Source: Camelus dromedarius
Lineage: Eukaryota
Assembly: GCF_036321535.1 (NCBI RefSeq)
Contig: NC_087436.1
Span: 110,486,001 to 110,550,000, forward strand
DNA length: 64,000 nt
Direction of reading: 5' to 3'
The notes beneath the pieces are model-generated. The model was not told where the DNA came from and ran no database searches. It saw only the letters and a list, made by a program, of their open reading frames with translations. Positions within the stretch are counted from its first letter, which is position 1; every line of letters begins with the position of its first letter. Made by a program: the position numbers and the translations under genes. Positions 1 through 12,722 of the stretch are shown piece by piece.

Positions 1-3000
1 AATAGAAATAAAAATAATATATAAATATGCACCTACCTATAATTTTAAGAATGCTATAACCACATAAGATTAAAATATACACTTGCTATAACTCTGAGTT
101 TTAAGTCCAGCGTTGTTAATTATGAAAACAAAAATTGGAATTTGGGCTGAAAATCACCGAATTAACCTACATTAAAGTTTCCATTTTATTCAGGAAGAAT
201 GTACATAAGCCTTCCAGTTTTTACTTGATTTTGATAATTTTTTAAAATGTCACGTAAGACTTAATTTCCTTAAAAAAGTTATTTTACAAAGAAAGAGGTG
301 AACTGAATTGATAAAATCTTAGTCTGTTTAAGTTTGTATTCGAATGTCCAGAGACCAGGCTCGCCACTGAGTCACCCTTGTCCGTTCTTGGTCCGGATGC
401 CAGCGTTTTGGCTGCTAGCTTGTCAAAATGGATTTAAGGAAATCTTCGTGGTGCACCAGGTAACTGAAGATTGCCCAACTTTATTCTTAATCGTGTCCCT
501 TCACCGTCAGCCGTGCATGGAGGACAGTCCCTGACCTTCCTGGTCTCTCTCTGTCTGCCTCGGAGTGCCACCTCGCAGCAGACCCACAAACACATCGGGC
601 TCACACCCACCACGTTCCACAAGCCCGGGCCATCAACAGCTGCTTTGTGTTGCACTTACAAAAGTTCAGCTTGCTGTTAAGGGACCTCACAGCACTGTTT
701 CTCTGTTATGACATTTTGACTCATTTGGACCTGAGATTACCCACATGGAGATTTCTGGCCTGGCCCCCAGGGTTTCCAGCCAGCATTTACAAACAGAGCT
801 GGGGAAGATCCTCTTCCCAGAGGTGTGCATGGATTATCCCATTAGGAGTAGCTACAGGGCCAAGGAACCTTCCAGCTCGCTGGTTCTGGTTAGTGGCCCT
901 GAGCCTGCGAGTTTTCTCTCTGTCTACACATGCTTACATTTGCATCCTGGTGTGCGTGGGGTTCCAGGAATTCGTAACACTTCACGCCTCATAACAAAGC
1001 CACCCTGTGAAGGGCTAACTCAGCAGGACCCAGAAATGTACCCATGGTCCCCATCCTGCCTCCTGCTCAGAATTCTCACTCCCTGAATCACCTCTCAGAC
1101 TACCGCCAGCACTGAGGAACTGTTGAAAAGCCACTGTATTTGCTCCCCTCTGTTTGCTTTTCACACCTTTCCTGCTTCAGGGGGAGGTGATCCGGCTTGC
1201 AGGTTTAAAAGAGCCGGCTCCTGAGCACTAGACTCCATTGAGGAGTGAAAGTAAACAGGAAGGGAGAAGGTTCACAGAATTCTTTATAACCTGTATGTTA
1301 AATTATGTCAACAGGATGCTGAGAACAAGACCTGTGGAGGGAATTCCACAACTAAATGATGAAATGATGGTGCCTGAATAGAGAGGCCTGCATGGTGTTT
1401 GTTCTCCTCACGTGAGAGTTTGGAAGGAGAGAATTTAGAAATGAAGGGGAGAAGTTAACTTTAAATAATCCAAAGATTACAACTATCATTTGGTGGCAGC
1501 GAAGACTCGGCTTCCACCTTACAGGAGAAACCAAATCAGGGGCTCAGAGAAACAGACCTTCCTTTGATTTGGATTTAGAGCTTTTGGGAGAAGTGTTATG
1601 CCTTAGGTTGTCCTCAGCATTTAGGATTTTTAAGAAGATTTTCTGTAAAAGGACTAAATTCAACTTCAGAAGAACACATTTTAAGTTAATGAAGAGATAT
1701 AAAGGGCAAAATATTACCTCCTTTCTGTCCTTCACCTGCCCCAGAGAACACACTCCCACGTGGGAATGCTTCAACTTCCCCCACAGTTTTTCTCAGAGAC
1801 ATCAAAGGATGCTGAATTAGGTTTAATAGTTTACAACTGGAATTTGTCTTTATGAAAACGTAGGGCTGTGTAATTTATGGAAATTAGGCATGCATGCGTC
1901 TCCATTGTGCTGTGAGGCATTATGATACAGTAGGATTAGGCAGGAAGACAGAGATCTCATGGTATATGAAAATACTTTGTGTCTAAACACTGCCCAGAGG
2001 CTGCAGAGGGATTTTAAAGCCCTATTGTCCATCACAAGCGGGGAAGTTTCAAGAATAAGCCAGTTTTGTTGTAGTTGTTATTTCACATAGACAGAGGTAG
2101 CCCTTCTGAGCATTTGTTTCATATTTTACCTGGAAAACCACATGAGATATCACTTCACTTTACATTCAAAAGGATTCTTTTTAGTGTGCTGTGTTGTTTT
2201 GCAAATAAAACGAAAGGGTTATATATGCTTCAGATAACTCTGCCTTGGGATAATTTTCATTTGTTTCAGCTACAAAGGCTGGCAATTTCTGATGAATGCC
2301 GGGAATGAGCAAATCTGCAATTTTCAGAGATGTCTGGATAATTCCTTTTTCTCTTTAATAAAGCATGACTCAGTATGAACTTTGCAAGGGGAAAAAAATT
2401 TCTTTTGGTTGAAACCCATTGGGTCTGCTATGTTACATTTGGAAGAAATGCATTACTGTTTCTTGATTGTTAAGTTTCTTGGAAAACACGCCTCTGAAGA
2501 TTTTAGAAATAAAAAAAGTCAGCAACAATAATAATCATGATAACTGGTAATAATAAAAATAACATCATTTTTATGCATACCATTTGTTATTCAAAGATTA
2601 GCCACAGATATTTATGTAGTTGATGAAAGCACTTTTACTTGTCTGAAAATTCAGTTTAATTTACCTTTACAATATTTGGTCTCAGGCAGTCACAACTGGC
2701 CAGGGTAGAAATGGTTTTTAAATAGCAGTGAGTGTCCTGTCAGGAATCTAATGAAATTTAGCAGGTGTTGCTTTGGCTTTCTGAAACAGTAAAGAAATTC
2801 CAGAGACGTCCGCACTTACACTTGCTCAGAGCTCTGTGGAATTGTGCTCAAAAATCACACACTACTTAATGAATGGTTCCATAATTTTTTTTTCGGTTAA
2901 TGACACTGTGGACATGCAATGTCTGATTAAAAAGAAGAAATAGGGATTAACTTTGATTATTTGGAAAGAATGTGGCTGCATATCAAATAACTTCTTCAAT

Positions 3001-3740
3001 CTGGCTTTTAAAACAAACTGGCTGCAAATCACTGAAAAATATGGAACCCAGTGGAAAACTGGATCAGATGAGCCATATTTATAGCCCTACAAATAAACAC
3101 ATTTCAAATTCTGTTTGTTGGAGGCTCTTATTTTGGAAGAAGGGGAAAAAAATGGCTTCCTTTGAAATGGGAAGCCTGCCATCTAGTGGGACTTTTTGGT
3201 ATCATGTCTTAGACCATTTTTTGACAAATTACAGAAATACATAATAATGTTAAATCTTGATTCATTTTAGAATTGTAGCATTTTGGAGCTATTTTTGAGA
3301 TTGGTAAATTGAAGCAGGTGAATTGAAGGATGCTTCCCAAAGCCTCATCATTAGCTAATGGTAGTGTTTTAAAAAGTACAAAATAATTGGCCTCTCTCTC
3401 AAACACAATATTTTATTACTCAACAGGCACACAATTAATTCGATTTCATTCTAACATTTTTGCAATTTGTATTGTTATTTATCAATAAATATCCTTTTAA
3501 AAATTCATATTTAATCTATGAAACAAATTCAGTATTTTCTAGTTATTATTCTTTTGCTTACAGGTAAAATTTCAATAGCTCATGAAAATGTCTTTTTGTT
3601 TGTTTTATGTTTGGTTCTGGTTTTCTCTCATGAAAAAAAAAATCCAGAGTTAGATAATATTATGACTCATTTTTATACTTCACTAAGTCTTTAACGTTTT
3701 TTGAGCTTCCTAAATTAGTTTTTTAAAAATCATAGTACTA

Positions 3741-4955
3741 CAATAAATCTCCTAGAAGAAAACATAGGCAAAGCATTATCTCACATACATTTCAAAAATG
3801 CTCTCCTAGGGCAGTCTACCCAAGTGATAGAAATAAAAGCAAGAATAAACAAATAGGACCTAATTAAGCTCACAACCTTCTGCACAGCAAAAGAAACCAT
3901 AAGCAAAACAAAATGACAACCTACGGAATAGGAGAAAATTTTTGCAAACAATGAAACCGACAAAGGCTTGATCTCCAGAATATATAAGCAGCTTATACGA
4001 CTTAATAAAAAAAAAAAAAACCCAATCCAAAAATGGGCAGAAGACCTAAACAAGCAATTCTCCAAAGAAGAAATACAAATGATCAATAGGCACACAAAAA
4101 AATGCTCAATATCACTAATTATCAGAGAAATGCAAATCAAAACTACAATGAGGTATCACCTCACACTAGTCTGAATGGCCATCATTCAAAAGTCCATAAA
4201 TGACAAATGCTGGAGAGATCATGGAGAAAAGGGAACCCTCCTACACTGCTGGTGGGAATGCAGTTTGGTGCAGCCACTGTGGAAAACAGTATGGAGATTC
4301 CTCAAAAGACTAGGAATAGACTTACCAAATGACCCAGGAATCCCGCTCCTGGGCATATATCCAGAAGGAACCCTACTTCAAAAAGACACCTGCACCCCAA
4401 TGTTCATAGCAGCGCTATATACAATAGCCAAGACATGGAAACAGCCTAAATGTCCATCAACAGATGACTGAATAAAGAAGATGTGGTATATTTAGACAAT
4501 GGAATACTATTCAGCCATAAAAATGACAACATAACTCCATCTGCAGCAACATGGATGTCCCAGGAGAATGTGAAGTAAGCCAGAAAGAGAAAGAAAAGTA
4601 CCATATGAGATCGCTCATATGTGGAATCCAAAAAAAAAAAAAAAGAACATAAATACAAAACAGAAACAGACTAACAGACCTAGAATACAAACTTGCAGTT
4701 GCCAGGGGATGAGGGGGGTGGAAGGGACAGACCGGGAGTTCGAAATTTGTAGATACTGACAGGCATATGTAGAATAGATAAACAAGATTATACTGTACAG
4801 CACAGGGAAGTATATACAAGATCTTGTGGTAACTCACAGTGAAAAAGAATGCGACAATGAATATATGTATGTTCATGTATAACTGAAAAATTGTGCTCTA
4901 CACTGGAAATTGACACAACATTGTAAAATGACTATAACTCAATTAAAAAAGTTTA
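3741..4955 (+). mobile_element. 5'-truncated lineage-specific (camelid-type) LINE-1: ORF2 C-terminus, 3' UTR and A-rich tail
   Basis: ORF2 peptides [45 protein letters not shown] and CTPMFIAALYTIAKTWKQPKCPS. G-rich 3' UTR tract near 4705-4737. 16-bp TSD AAAAATCATAGTACTA (3725-3740) / AAAAATCACAGTACTA (4956-4971) at a TT|AAAA endonuclease site. Confidence 0.96.
3743..4630 (+). pseudogene. Disabled L1 ORF2p C-terminal fragment including the CCHC region
   Basis: One frame starting INLLEENIG, with in-frame stops at 3854, 3914, 3929, 4172, 4469 and 4493 and indels after ~4520. [18 protein letters not shown] corresponds to the CX3CX7HX4C motif with the second Cys lost. Confidence 0.92.
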
Positions 4956-5114
4956 AAAAATCACAGTACTATGTGTATTAAAATTTGTTTGCTTTTTAAA
5001 AGAAAACTTCAACAAATTAGTGACGGATTATTTCGTCACTAGGGAGAATTACACAACTGGGAAAAATTAATTGTTCCATCATATTAAAATAATATCTTCA
5101 AGTAATAAGGACTC

Positions 5115-5620
5115 TCGTTCACTCATTTATTCAACAAATGCATTTTAAATCCCTACGAGATGTCAAGCATGGAGACACTACAATAAATAGCACATTTCTC
5201 TTTTCAAGAGTTCTTTTTCTTTTTTAATTGAAGTATAGTCAGCTACAGTGTTGTGTCAGTTTCTCATGTACAGCATAATGTTTCAGTTATACACATACAT
5301 ATATATATTCTTTTTCATTCAAGAGCTCTTGAGTACCAGTAGAGGTAAACATACAGAAAAATAATCACATATGTCCTGGGTGCACTGATGGAACCATGTA
5401 TTAACGCACAGTAGAAACTGGTTAGCTCTGTAAGGATGTAGGTCTGGAAGGTTTCACAGAGGGAAACACTTGATCTGTAGAGAAAGGATCAGCAGAAGTT
5501 CCCCAAGTTGGTGATTAGGCAGAAGGCATTTTGGGGAGGAGGAATAGCATGGATGAAGGTCAGAACTGTGAAGCATCTTGATGTGATCAGGAAGAGGAAA
5601 GGTTCACTGTGATCAGAGTA
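5115..5620 (-). mobile_element. L2 3' fragment, interrupted by a short L1 3' end
   Basis: TTCACTCATTTATTCAACAAAT L2 tail. Downstream GGAAGGTTTCACAGAGG...GGAATAGCATGGATGAAGG segments resemble L2 consensus. Confidence 0.65.
5216..5317 (-). mobile_element. Very short (~100 bp) L1 3'-end insertion
   Basis: TTTTTTAATTGAAGTATAGTCAG...GTACAGCATAATG is an L1 3' terminus on the minus strand. 13-bp TSD TTCAAGAGTTCTT (5203-5215) / TTCAAGAGCTCTT (5318-5330). Confidence 0.85.
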
Positions 5621-5684
5621 TGTGTTTAGAGGTGGCATTAAACTAATTACATCAAGAGGCCATTACACTGAGGGAGCTCTAATG

Positions 5685-5945
5685 CCATGGCAGCCTAAGT
5701 GATAAGCCAAAATCTAAGCCTGTAAATTCGTCCAGGTTATGAAGTCAAAACGCTAAGGACAACCAATCACAAACAGCCATCTAGGCTTTAACCTAAAACC
5801 GATCAATAATTTTCTTGCTCTGCCTCTGCTTTTCTCTATAAAAGTCTCTCCTGAGCTTCTGTCTGTGGAATACTCCTAACCATCCAGCTTGACACTGCTT
5901 GATTCCAATCGATTTTTGCTCAAATAAACTCGTAAACATTTTAGT
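5685..5945 (+). mobile_element. ERV1-class LTR fragment (MER34/MER39-like)
   Basis: Ordered CCAATCA (~5763), TATAAAA (~5837) and TTTTTGCTCAAATAAACTC poly(A)/U5 motif typical of MER4-group LTRs. Confidence 0.65.
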
Positions 5946-6299
5946 CTACCTCGGTGGACACAGCCAGACATGAAGGGGCAGTGGGCAGGGCCAGATCTTC
6001 AGGAAGTCTTGTTCCTACTGTGACTATACAAGGGCAAAGAAGAATTTAAACCCACTTCTGGTCGCCAACCATCCAGAAGGTGTTGACCTGTTCTGTTCTG
6101 GTCTAGAAGATGAGGAACACGGTGTGGGGAGGGCACTGGGCTACGAGTCATTAGGAAAAGGGTTTGGCTTGGAAAATCTACAGCGTGACTTCTTGAAGGA
6201 AGACAAAGCCAGGTCGTGTCCCCTTTTGTGCAGAGGACAAATCCCTGCAAAATATTTATTTTTTAAGTAGCTTGTCAAAGGTGGGGGGGTTAGATGCAC

Positions 6300-6570
6300 T
6301 TTTTGAATTTTTTAATATAGTATCATTTATGTTTAGAAAACAATATTCCTAAGGGAATATGAATTTTCATGGATTTTCATGAACAAACATGTAAGGAGCA
6401 CCCAGATCAAGAAATAAACAGTCACTTGACTCCACACCCCCCCAGAGAAGGAGATCCAGCAACTCCCCTCCCAAGGGCAGCAGCCCCCTCTCACACCATG
6501 GATTTGTTTTACTTATCTTGGGATTTCCTACGAACAACATCTTTACAGTATGCCCACTGTTGTGTTGCTG
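6300..6570 (-). mobile_element. Ancient L1 (L1ME-like) 3' end fragment
   Basis: CACCCAGATCAAGAAATAAACA and TACAGTATG...TTGTGT motifs of old L1 3' ends. Confidence 0.55.
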
Positions 6571-6767
6571 TCTCTAAAATCCTGGACTGAAAAGTTACAC
6601 GTTTCTTCCTGTAAGACTTCCCATCAGGGAAAGTTGGTGTGCAGTGTGCCCAGGTGAGGCCATCTGGCTCAAAAAGCAAAATAATCACCCTAGAAGTGCC
6701 AGTGGGCAGCACTTCATCTTGGAACAAGCTGAATTTGAATTCCAGTGCTTGTGTGTCTTCTTCTAGA

Positions 6768-6992
6768 TCTAGGCTTGGCAAACTTTTGTGTAAAAAGCCA
6801 GATAATAAACACCTTAAGCTTTGCAGGTCACATAGCATCTCTGTTTCTTAGTCTTCTCCCTCTCTGTCTCCTCGTCCTCTTCTCTTTTTTTTTTTTTTTT
6901 TTTTTTTTCTTCATCCATTTCACTTGTAAGACCCTTCCTTGGCTGACTAGAAACAGGCCATGGGCGGTGTCTGATATCTAGTTTGCTAACTC
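6768..6992. mobile_element. MER58-family hAT-Charlie MITE with internal poly(T)
   Basis: TIR-like ends GGCTTGGCAAACT...TAGTTTGCTAAC. Internal TGTAAAAAGCCAGATAATAAA...GCTTTGCAGGTCACATAG. Confidence 0.75.
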
Positions 6993-7649
6993 ACATCTGA
7001 ACCTGACACCATTTCCATACCATCAAGCGTTTGAAAATAGGGTCCATTCTTTCTTCCCTGGCACAGGAAGGAAACAGACTTTTCCAGTCTCCAGAGAAAC
7101 CTCTCATTGATGCATTTTGGTCCGTTTTTACCGGCACATAGATCATCTTGGTGGGTTTCTGCATGTCCATAGTAGACTTAAGAGGTCTATCCCGTGGAGA
7201 TCTCATTATAGAAATTTAAATGATTGACGAGGTCTGGCAGGGCTGCTGCCAGTGTCAGTCCTTCTATGCCGACTTCTTCAATGGGAGAGGCAGAGTTGGG
7301 TCTATATTTCACTTATCCTTCCAAGAACCCTCATCCGTCCCAGGCAGGAGAATGTGCTCTCAGTTCTGGATGGAGCTGTGATTCTCCGCAAGGGGTCTAT
7401 CCTCCCTTTCAGTGAAGTGGTTGAAAGTTTAGGGGAGTGGCTGTCTACAGCTCATTGCCAGAAGTCTCCATGTGCAGCCTTGGGAAGGGGCCTTCCTGCC
7501 ACTATTCTGAGCCCCCATCTGAGGCTCTGGGAAAGTCCGGATGGAGTGGTAGAAACGGAAGAGCAGCAGGAGTCCTGGCCAACACGCGGTAGGAACAATT
7601 TCATTCTCCCTTTGGAGAGCAACCAGAGGTGACTCTGAAGCTTAGAGGG

Positions 7650-8056
7650 TGTGATCGTTAATTTTGTGTCAATTTGTATAGGTCATGGCACCCAGATATT
7701 TGGTCAAACACCAGTCTAGATGTTGCTGTGAAGGTATTTTTAAGATGTGATTAACATTTAAATCAGCAGACTTTGAGTAAAGCAAATTACCCTCTATAAT
7801 GAGGGTGGGTCTCATTCAATCAGATGAAAGCCTTAAGAGAAAAAAGGCTGAGGTCTTCCAAGAAAGAAGGAATTCAGACCTAGGATCATAACATCAACTC
7901 TCCTCTGGACCTTCAGTCTCCTGGCTTACCCTGCGGATTTCATATTTGCAAACACTTACAATCGTGTGAGCCAGTTCCTTAAGGTAAATATATATTTCTT
8001 GTGATACAGATAGGGATACATCCTGTTTCTTTAAATTAAGCTACTCTACTCATACA
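7650..8056 (+). mobile_element. MLT2 (ERVL) solo LTR
   Basis: TGTGATCGTTAATTTTGTGTCAA start, CCCAGATATTTGGTCAAACACCAGTCTAGATGTTGCTGTGAAGGTATTTTT and CAGACTTTGAGTAAAGCA, ending ...CATACA. Confidence 0.88.
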
Positions 8057-8859
8057 CAAGGGGGTTGATAAGGCAGATGACCATCATCACCACAGTGCTG
8101 TCAGAGGTCCTGATTCAGAGCTCTCTCTGGGTCATCTGTTTCCATTTCACTCCAAATTCCTTCCCGCTCTGCACACTTAAACTTCTTGTTTGCATCACTT
8201 CATTACTGCCCTTTTAATTTAGTGATGGCACCAAATTCCTCAATTTGACTTTTAAATATCCTCCAAATTCTCTCATTTCTCTCCTACTTTTCCTGTGACA
8301 GGTAGTAGTCTCTTGACCTATTTGTAGCCCCACAAGACGTATCTCTAGAATCAAGGTACTTAGTCTCTAGAATGAGAATAAAAATACCTTCCATGCAAGC
8401 TTGCAGTGAGCATTAAAAGATATATTATGTGGAAATTACATGGAAGGAGTGAAAGTCATGGGGGCTGCAATATTTTACTGTAATTATGAGGCTTTAACAT
8501 CCAGGACAGCCAGTAGAGAAAAAAAAAAAAAAAAAAAGACTCCGATTTAGGGACCTAACACTTTCAGTTTCTATTCTTCTCTGCTTGATCAGGAGTCTGG
8601 TGACTGCCTTCAGAGCGCCTACCCACTTCATGGACCCTGCTTCTAACTGGTAATAGAAACCATTCATAGGTTCTGACTCCTGAAGTGGTGACTGCTTGTC
8701 CAAAAACAATATAGGACTTGAGATTTCTCCAATCACAGGCAAAGATATACATATCATTTGAAAATTAATAACCAGTCTTGCAGCAAATGTCACCAAATTA
8801 CTTACTAGAATTCAGCTTTCACCTTTCACTTCCCCAAAGTGAACCAGATAGGGCTTTTG

Positions 8860-9300
8860 AAAGCCTTTGAGAAAAATGTCAAAATCTTTAGCTAGACATC
8901 CAAGGCCATGTTCAATGTCCTCTCAGTCTATCTTTTCATCCCATTTCCCTTGACTCATGTACATACACTCTACTCTTTATCCAAATTGATCCATCCAGTA
9001 ATTTTTAACACACTTTCCTTGCAAGATACCTTTAATTAAGCCATGGGACAATTTCCTCATCTTGCATGTCTCTTGACCATATCATATTAACTCTTCGAAG
9101 GACAATATAAGTTCCTTTTATTCTGTGAAACCATGACAGAGTCCTCAAACACAGTGAAATCTGAAGTAATCACTCACTCTTCTGCCTTGGAAACTGAATT
9201 TATTCTGAGTATTTATTATGTGGTAGAACTATATAAAGTTCTGGGATACAGACATTGGTTGGTTACAAAATCTTACTCGAAAGTGAGGGAGCAGACATAT
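8860..9300. mobile_element. Degraded L2 fragments
   Basis: CAAAATCTTTAGCTAGACATCCAAGGCC (+) and CTGAGTATTTATTATGTGG...CTGGGATACAG (-) L2-like motifs. Confidence 0.45.
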
Positions 9301-9364
9301 ATTTAACTATGATACTGTTTTGGGAGATAAAAATTAAGACAACTTTTGTGGAGAAATCACTGTC

Positions 9365-10790
9365 CATGCAACCAAAAACTGGAAACCATCCAGATGTCCT
9401 TCAATGGGTAAATGGTTAAACAGAGCATACATGGAACTCTACTCAGTAATAAAAAGGAACAAATAGATCCATACAACTTAGACAGAGCTCAACGGAATTA
9501 TGATGACTGAAAAAAAAATCTCAGGTTATATACTGTATGATTCTCTTTGTATATCATTCTTGAAATGATAAAATTGTGAAGAAAGAGAATAGATTAATGT
9601 TTGCCAGGAATTGGCATCACCTTGAGAAAACGTGTCCTATTTTTACATAGGTGGTCTGAGAACTCCAGGAGGTATACTATATAAAAAATAGAAGCTATGT
9701 ACTTCCTTATATATTTGCTTATTATATTTGACTATCTGTTTATTTTATAGTTTTCTTAGAGAATGTTGGGATGAATTGGTTATTCGTACATAGAAAATTC
9801 ATCAGTTTAAAAAACGGCAATCCTGAGCTTCAGGAAAAATTCAAAGCTTTCCTAGAAATATGTACTAACATATACACTTTGACCCAGCTGTGAATAATAG
9901 TTACACAATCATAATGCCATAAACATTGAATATCGATGTAACCAATTTGCTGTAATTATATTGGGTGAATGAGGGAAGAGAAGTGTTTGAGGAAATGGTG
10001 AGGAGAAAGAGATTTAAGAGATTTAAGAGAAAGAAATGTTCATCTTCATATCAGAAGGATGATAACTGATGTCTAACCTTATGATGTAACAATTATGGTA
10101 TAACAATATAGGCAAGTAATTAGTTGATAAGATGTTAAATACTATAAGAAGCAATAAAAGCTTTTGAAAGTTATTTCCCTTAAGAAGGAGAAAGCCAGGT
10201 TCATTTTTGGCTTAAAAAAATCTAGTACAATTTTAATCATAAAATCATCAGAACTACTGACTTTAAAAAATTATGAATAGGTATTACTATATAAATATAA
10301 AAACAGTCATTTAAGTTCATAACTTTGAAACCAGTAATAGCAGTTCTATGTCCTAAATAGAAGAAAGAATCAGAGATACAAATACAAATGTATTAAGATA
10401 CTCCTCAAAGAGTTAATAATCATAAAGACCAGAGATAATCTAAATGTCCATAAACAGGGAAAGGGTTAAATAAACAATGGCACATCTGTAACTTTGAAAA
10501 GCGTGAGGCCAGTAAAATGTTTTCAAAGAACATCAATGGCTTAGAAATTTCACACATTTTGTTAATGTTATGGGGTAAAAAAGCAAGGTACCAATTATAC
10601 AGATCTAATGTAGACACAAGTATGATATAATTATACGTAGATGTATAAAGAGAGTTTTAAAAGATTTCAAGGAAATAACTAACATTTTAACAGTTGCCAA
10701 GTCTGTATGGTGATTTTTTTCCTGTACTCTTTTCTGAATTTTGTGAAATTTTCAAAGTCTAAATGTTTCATAATCTGAAAAATTAAAATT
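9365..10790 (+). mobile_element. Old L1 (L1MC/L1ME-like) ORF2-end and 3' UTR fragments
   Basis: AAAAACTGGAAACCATCCAGATGTCCTTCAATGGGTAAATGGTTAAAC, ATACTGTATGATTC and CTAAATGTCCATAAACAGGG. Confidence 0.75.
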
Positions 10791-12050
10791 TAGTCTTCAA
10801 AAACAAGTCAATTAAATTGTCCTTGGTAAGTTTGGAATGTAAGATTTGAACTCAGGGCAGTCTGATTTGGTGCTGCCCTCACTAGCATATGGATGAGAAT
10901 TATTTCTGACTCTTACATCTGCAGTGACAGCCAGGCAGATGATCAGTGAATATTTAATTCCAATGCTGAAGCCCTTCTCTGTACAGATTCTTTAAAATCC
11001 ATGCAGTTAAAGGTCACGGCTCCCAGAACTATAATCCTTCATGTAAATACACCTATGCCATGTCCAATGTGTCTTCTCTATAAAGGGAACATTATATTCG
11101 ACACTATACAGCTAAAAGCTTTGCTTCCACTATTTTTTTAAAAAGAGTTTTCAAGTTAGACTTACTCATCTGTGCTGAAGCTTAGAGCAGCTTCTGATCA
11201 GACTGCCTAATAACCACAGGAAATTGTCTGGGCAGTGTGTTAATTTGCTGATCATGTGCAACATCAGTGGTGTGTGATCGAGCAAGACAAGTTTGGATAC
11301 TGAAAAGCTCCAGGAAAAATATAGTCATAAATGAGTGACAGCACACTTGACCTACTCTAGAACAAAGCAATTAACCTCAAGTTTGCTGAGAGGTACACAT
11401 GGGACCCAACAGGGGAAAACGGACACGGGCTATTTTCAAAACTTAAATCAGGTACCATGACACCTCACTGAATCTTCTGAGTCAGAACTTTGCTTTGATT
11501 GGCTTACAATGTATATACTTCGTAATTACGGTGGTTGGCAGAAAAAGGCAGATGTGATACTCACTTAAGAACAAAGCCAATGCCAAATCTACTGATTTAA
11601 CATTAGTCTTCAAGTGTGGTCAGGAGATGATTGAAAATGGTTGAACTTTCTGCCCCTTCACATACACCATACACACATCTGTATACGTTTTTCATGTTCC
11701 ATAAACTATCATTTTTAAAAGTCTCTTCTTTTTGTCAATATAGGTGAATCTGAATTTGCATAAGAGATATATTCTTATTACCATTTGATTTTCTATAAAT
11801 TGAGGCAAGTTTTCTCTCAACTCAAATTATTATGCCAGAGATGCATTCACAAGATAAAAATGTTCATGCCCAAGTTCTTATAAAAACAAAATGTTGAGCA
11901 AATATTTAATATACCTGTATGTGCCAAACATTCTGAGATGTATTATCATTTTAATATAATAATTAATATTAATATGCCTTGCAGGTTCAAACCTCAGGTC
12001 CGTCACTTATTAAACTGTGCAAAATCAGACCATTTATATGACTTCTAAGT

Positions 12051-12173
12051 AGGATCAACAAAATAACTTGTCATCCAAAGGCAGACTTTTTGACAGTGAA
12101 AGATATGGTGTCGTCAGCTGAGACAACAGGTGTAAGTCAGGACTGTCTGACAAACCAGGGGGTATGGTCTCTC
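12051..12173 (-). mobile_element. MER94-like hAT-Blackjack MITE
   Basis: TCATCCAAA...ACTTTTTGACAGTGAAAG...GACAACAGGTGTAAGTCAGGACTGTC...CAAACCAGG...TATGGTCTCTCT matches the recalled MER94 reverse complement. Confidence 0.7.
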
Positions 12174-12722
12174 TGCCTCCCTCTAAGACTGTTTCTCTTT
12201 CCACAAATTAGCCCAATACCCCTAAAAGTGATAGGAATCCTCTCAGAGTTGATGATAGGTGTACAAGGCACCCAGCAAGGCATCCGGCGTGTGGCGATCT
12301 CTCAGTCACTAGTTGCTCTCCCTTTTTATGCTCCAATTCTTTTTCCCCAAATCAAAGAGTTTACAGATCAGCAGGAAAAACACATGAGATGCAAATCATT
12401 TCATAAGCTTGGTCTATAAGGCTTTTTTGGTCCTAGATTCCCAGATGCATTTTGCATCATACCCTCCCAATTTCCCAGACATGCATAACCATGCTTACAC
12501 CTGCATGCACACACACACATTCTATGGTCTACAACATACAATTAGTATGATCCTGACTTACTGGATGTCTCACTTTCTTAGAATAAAAGAAGCCTTTTCA
12601 TGAATCTAAGCCTGTTTGTCAATATCTGCCCTGCCTCCAGTTCCCTATTCCCTCTTCTTCATCTGGCAGTCTCTTATTTCATTTTAATAACTAGCTAAGA
12701 TCTAACTTCCTCTCTGAAAGCT

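Noticed and set aside
3781..4876. Hydrophobic minus-strand ORFs (119, 121, 70 and 62 aa)
   Set aside because: These are antisense translations of the L1 element.
6991..7632. Cluster of short ORFs, one protein-looking (IEEVGIEGLTLAAALPDLVNHLNFYNE, minus strand)
   Set aside because: Bounded by nearby stops, with no convincing splice sites and no family recognised.
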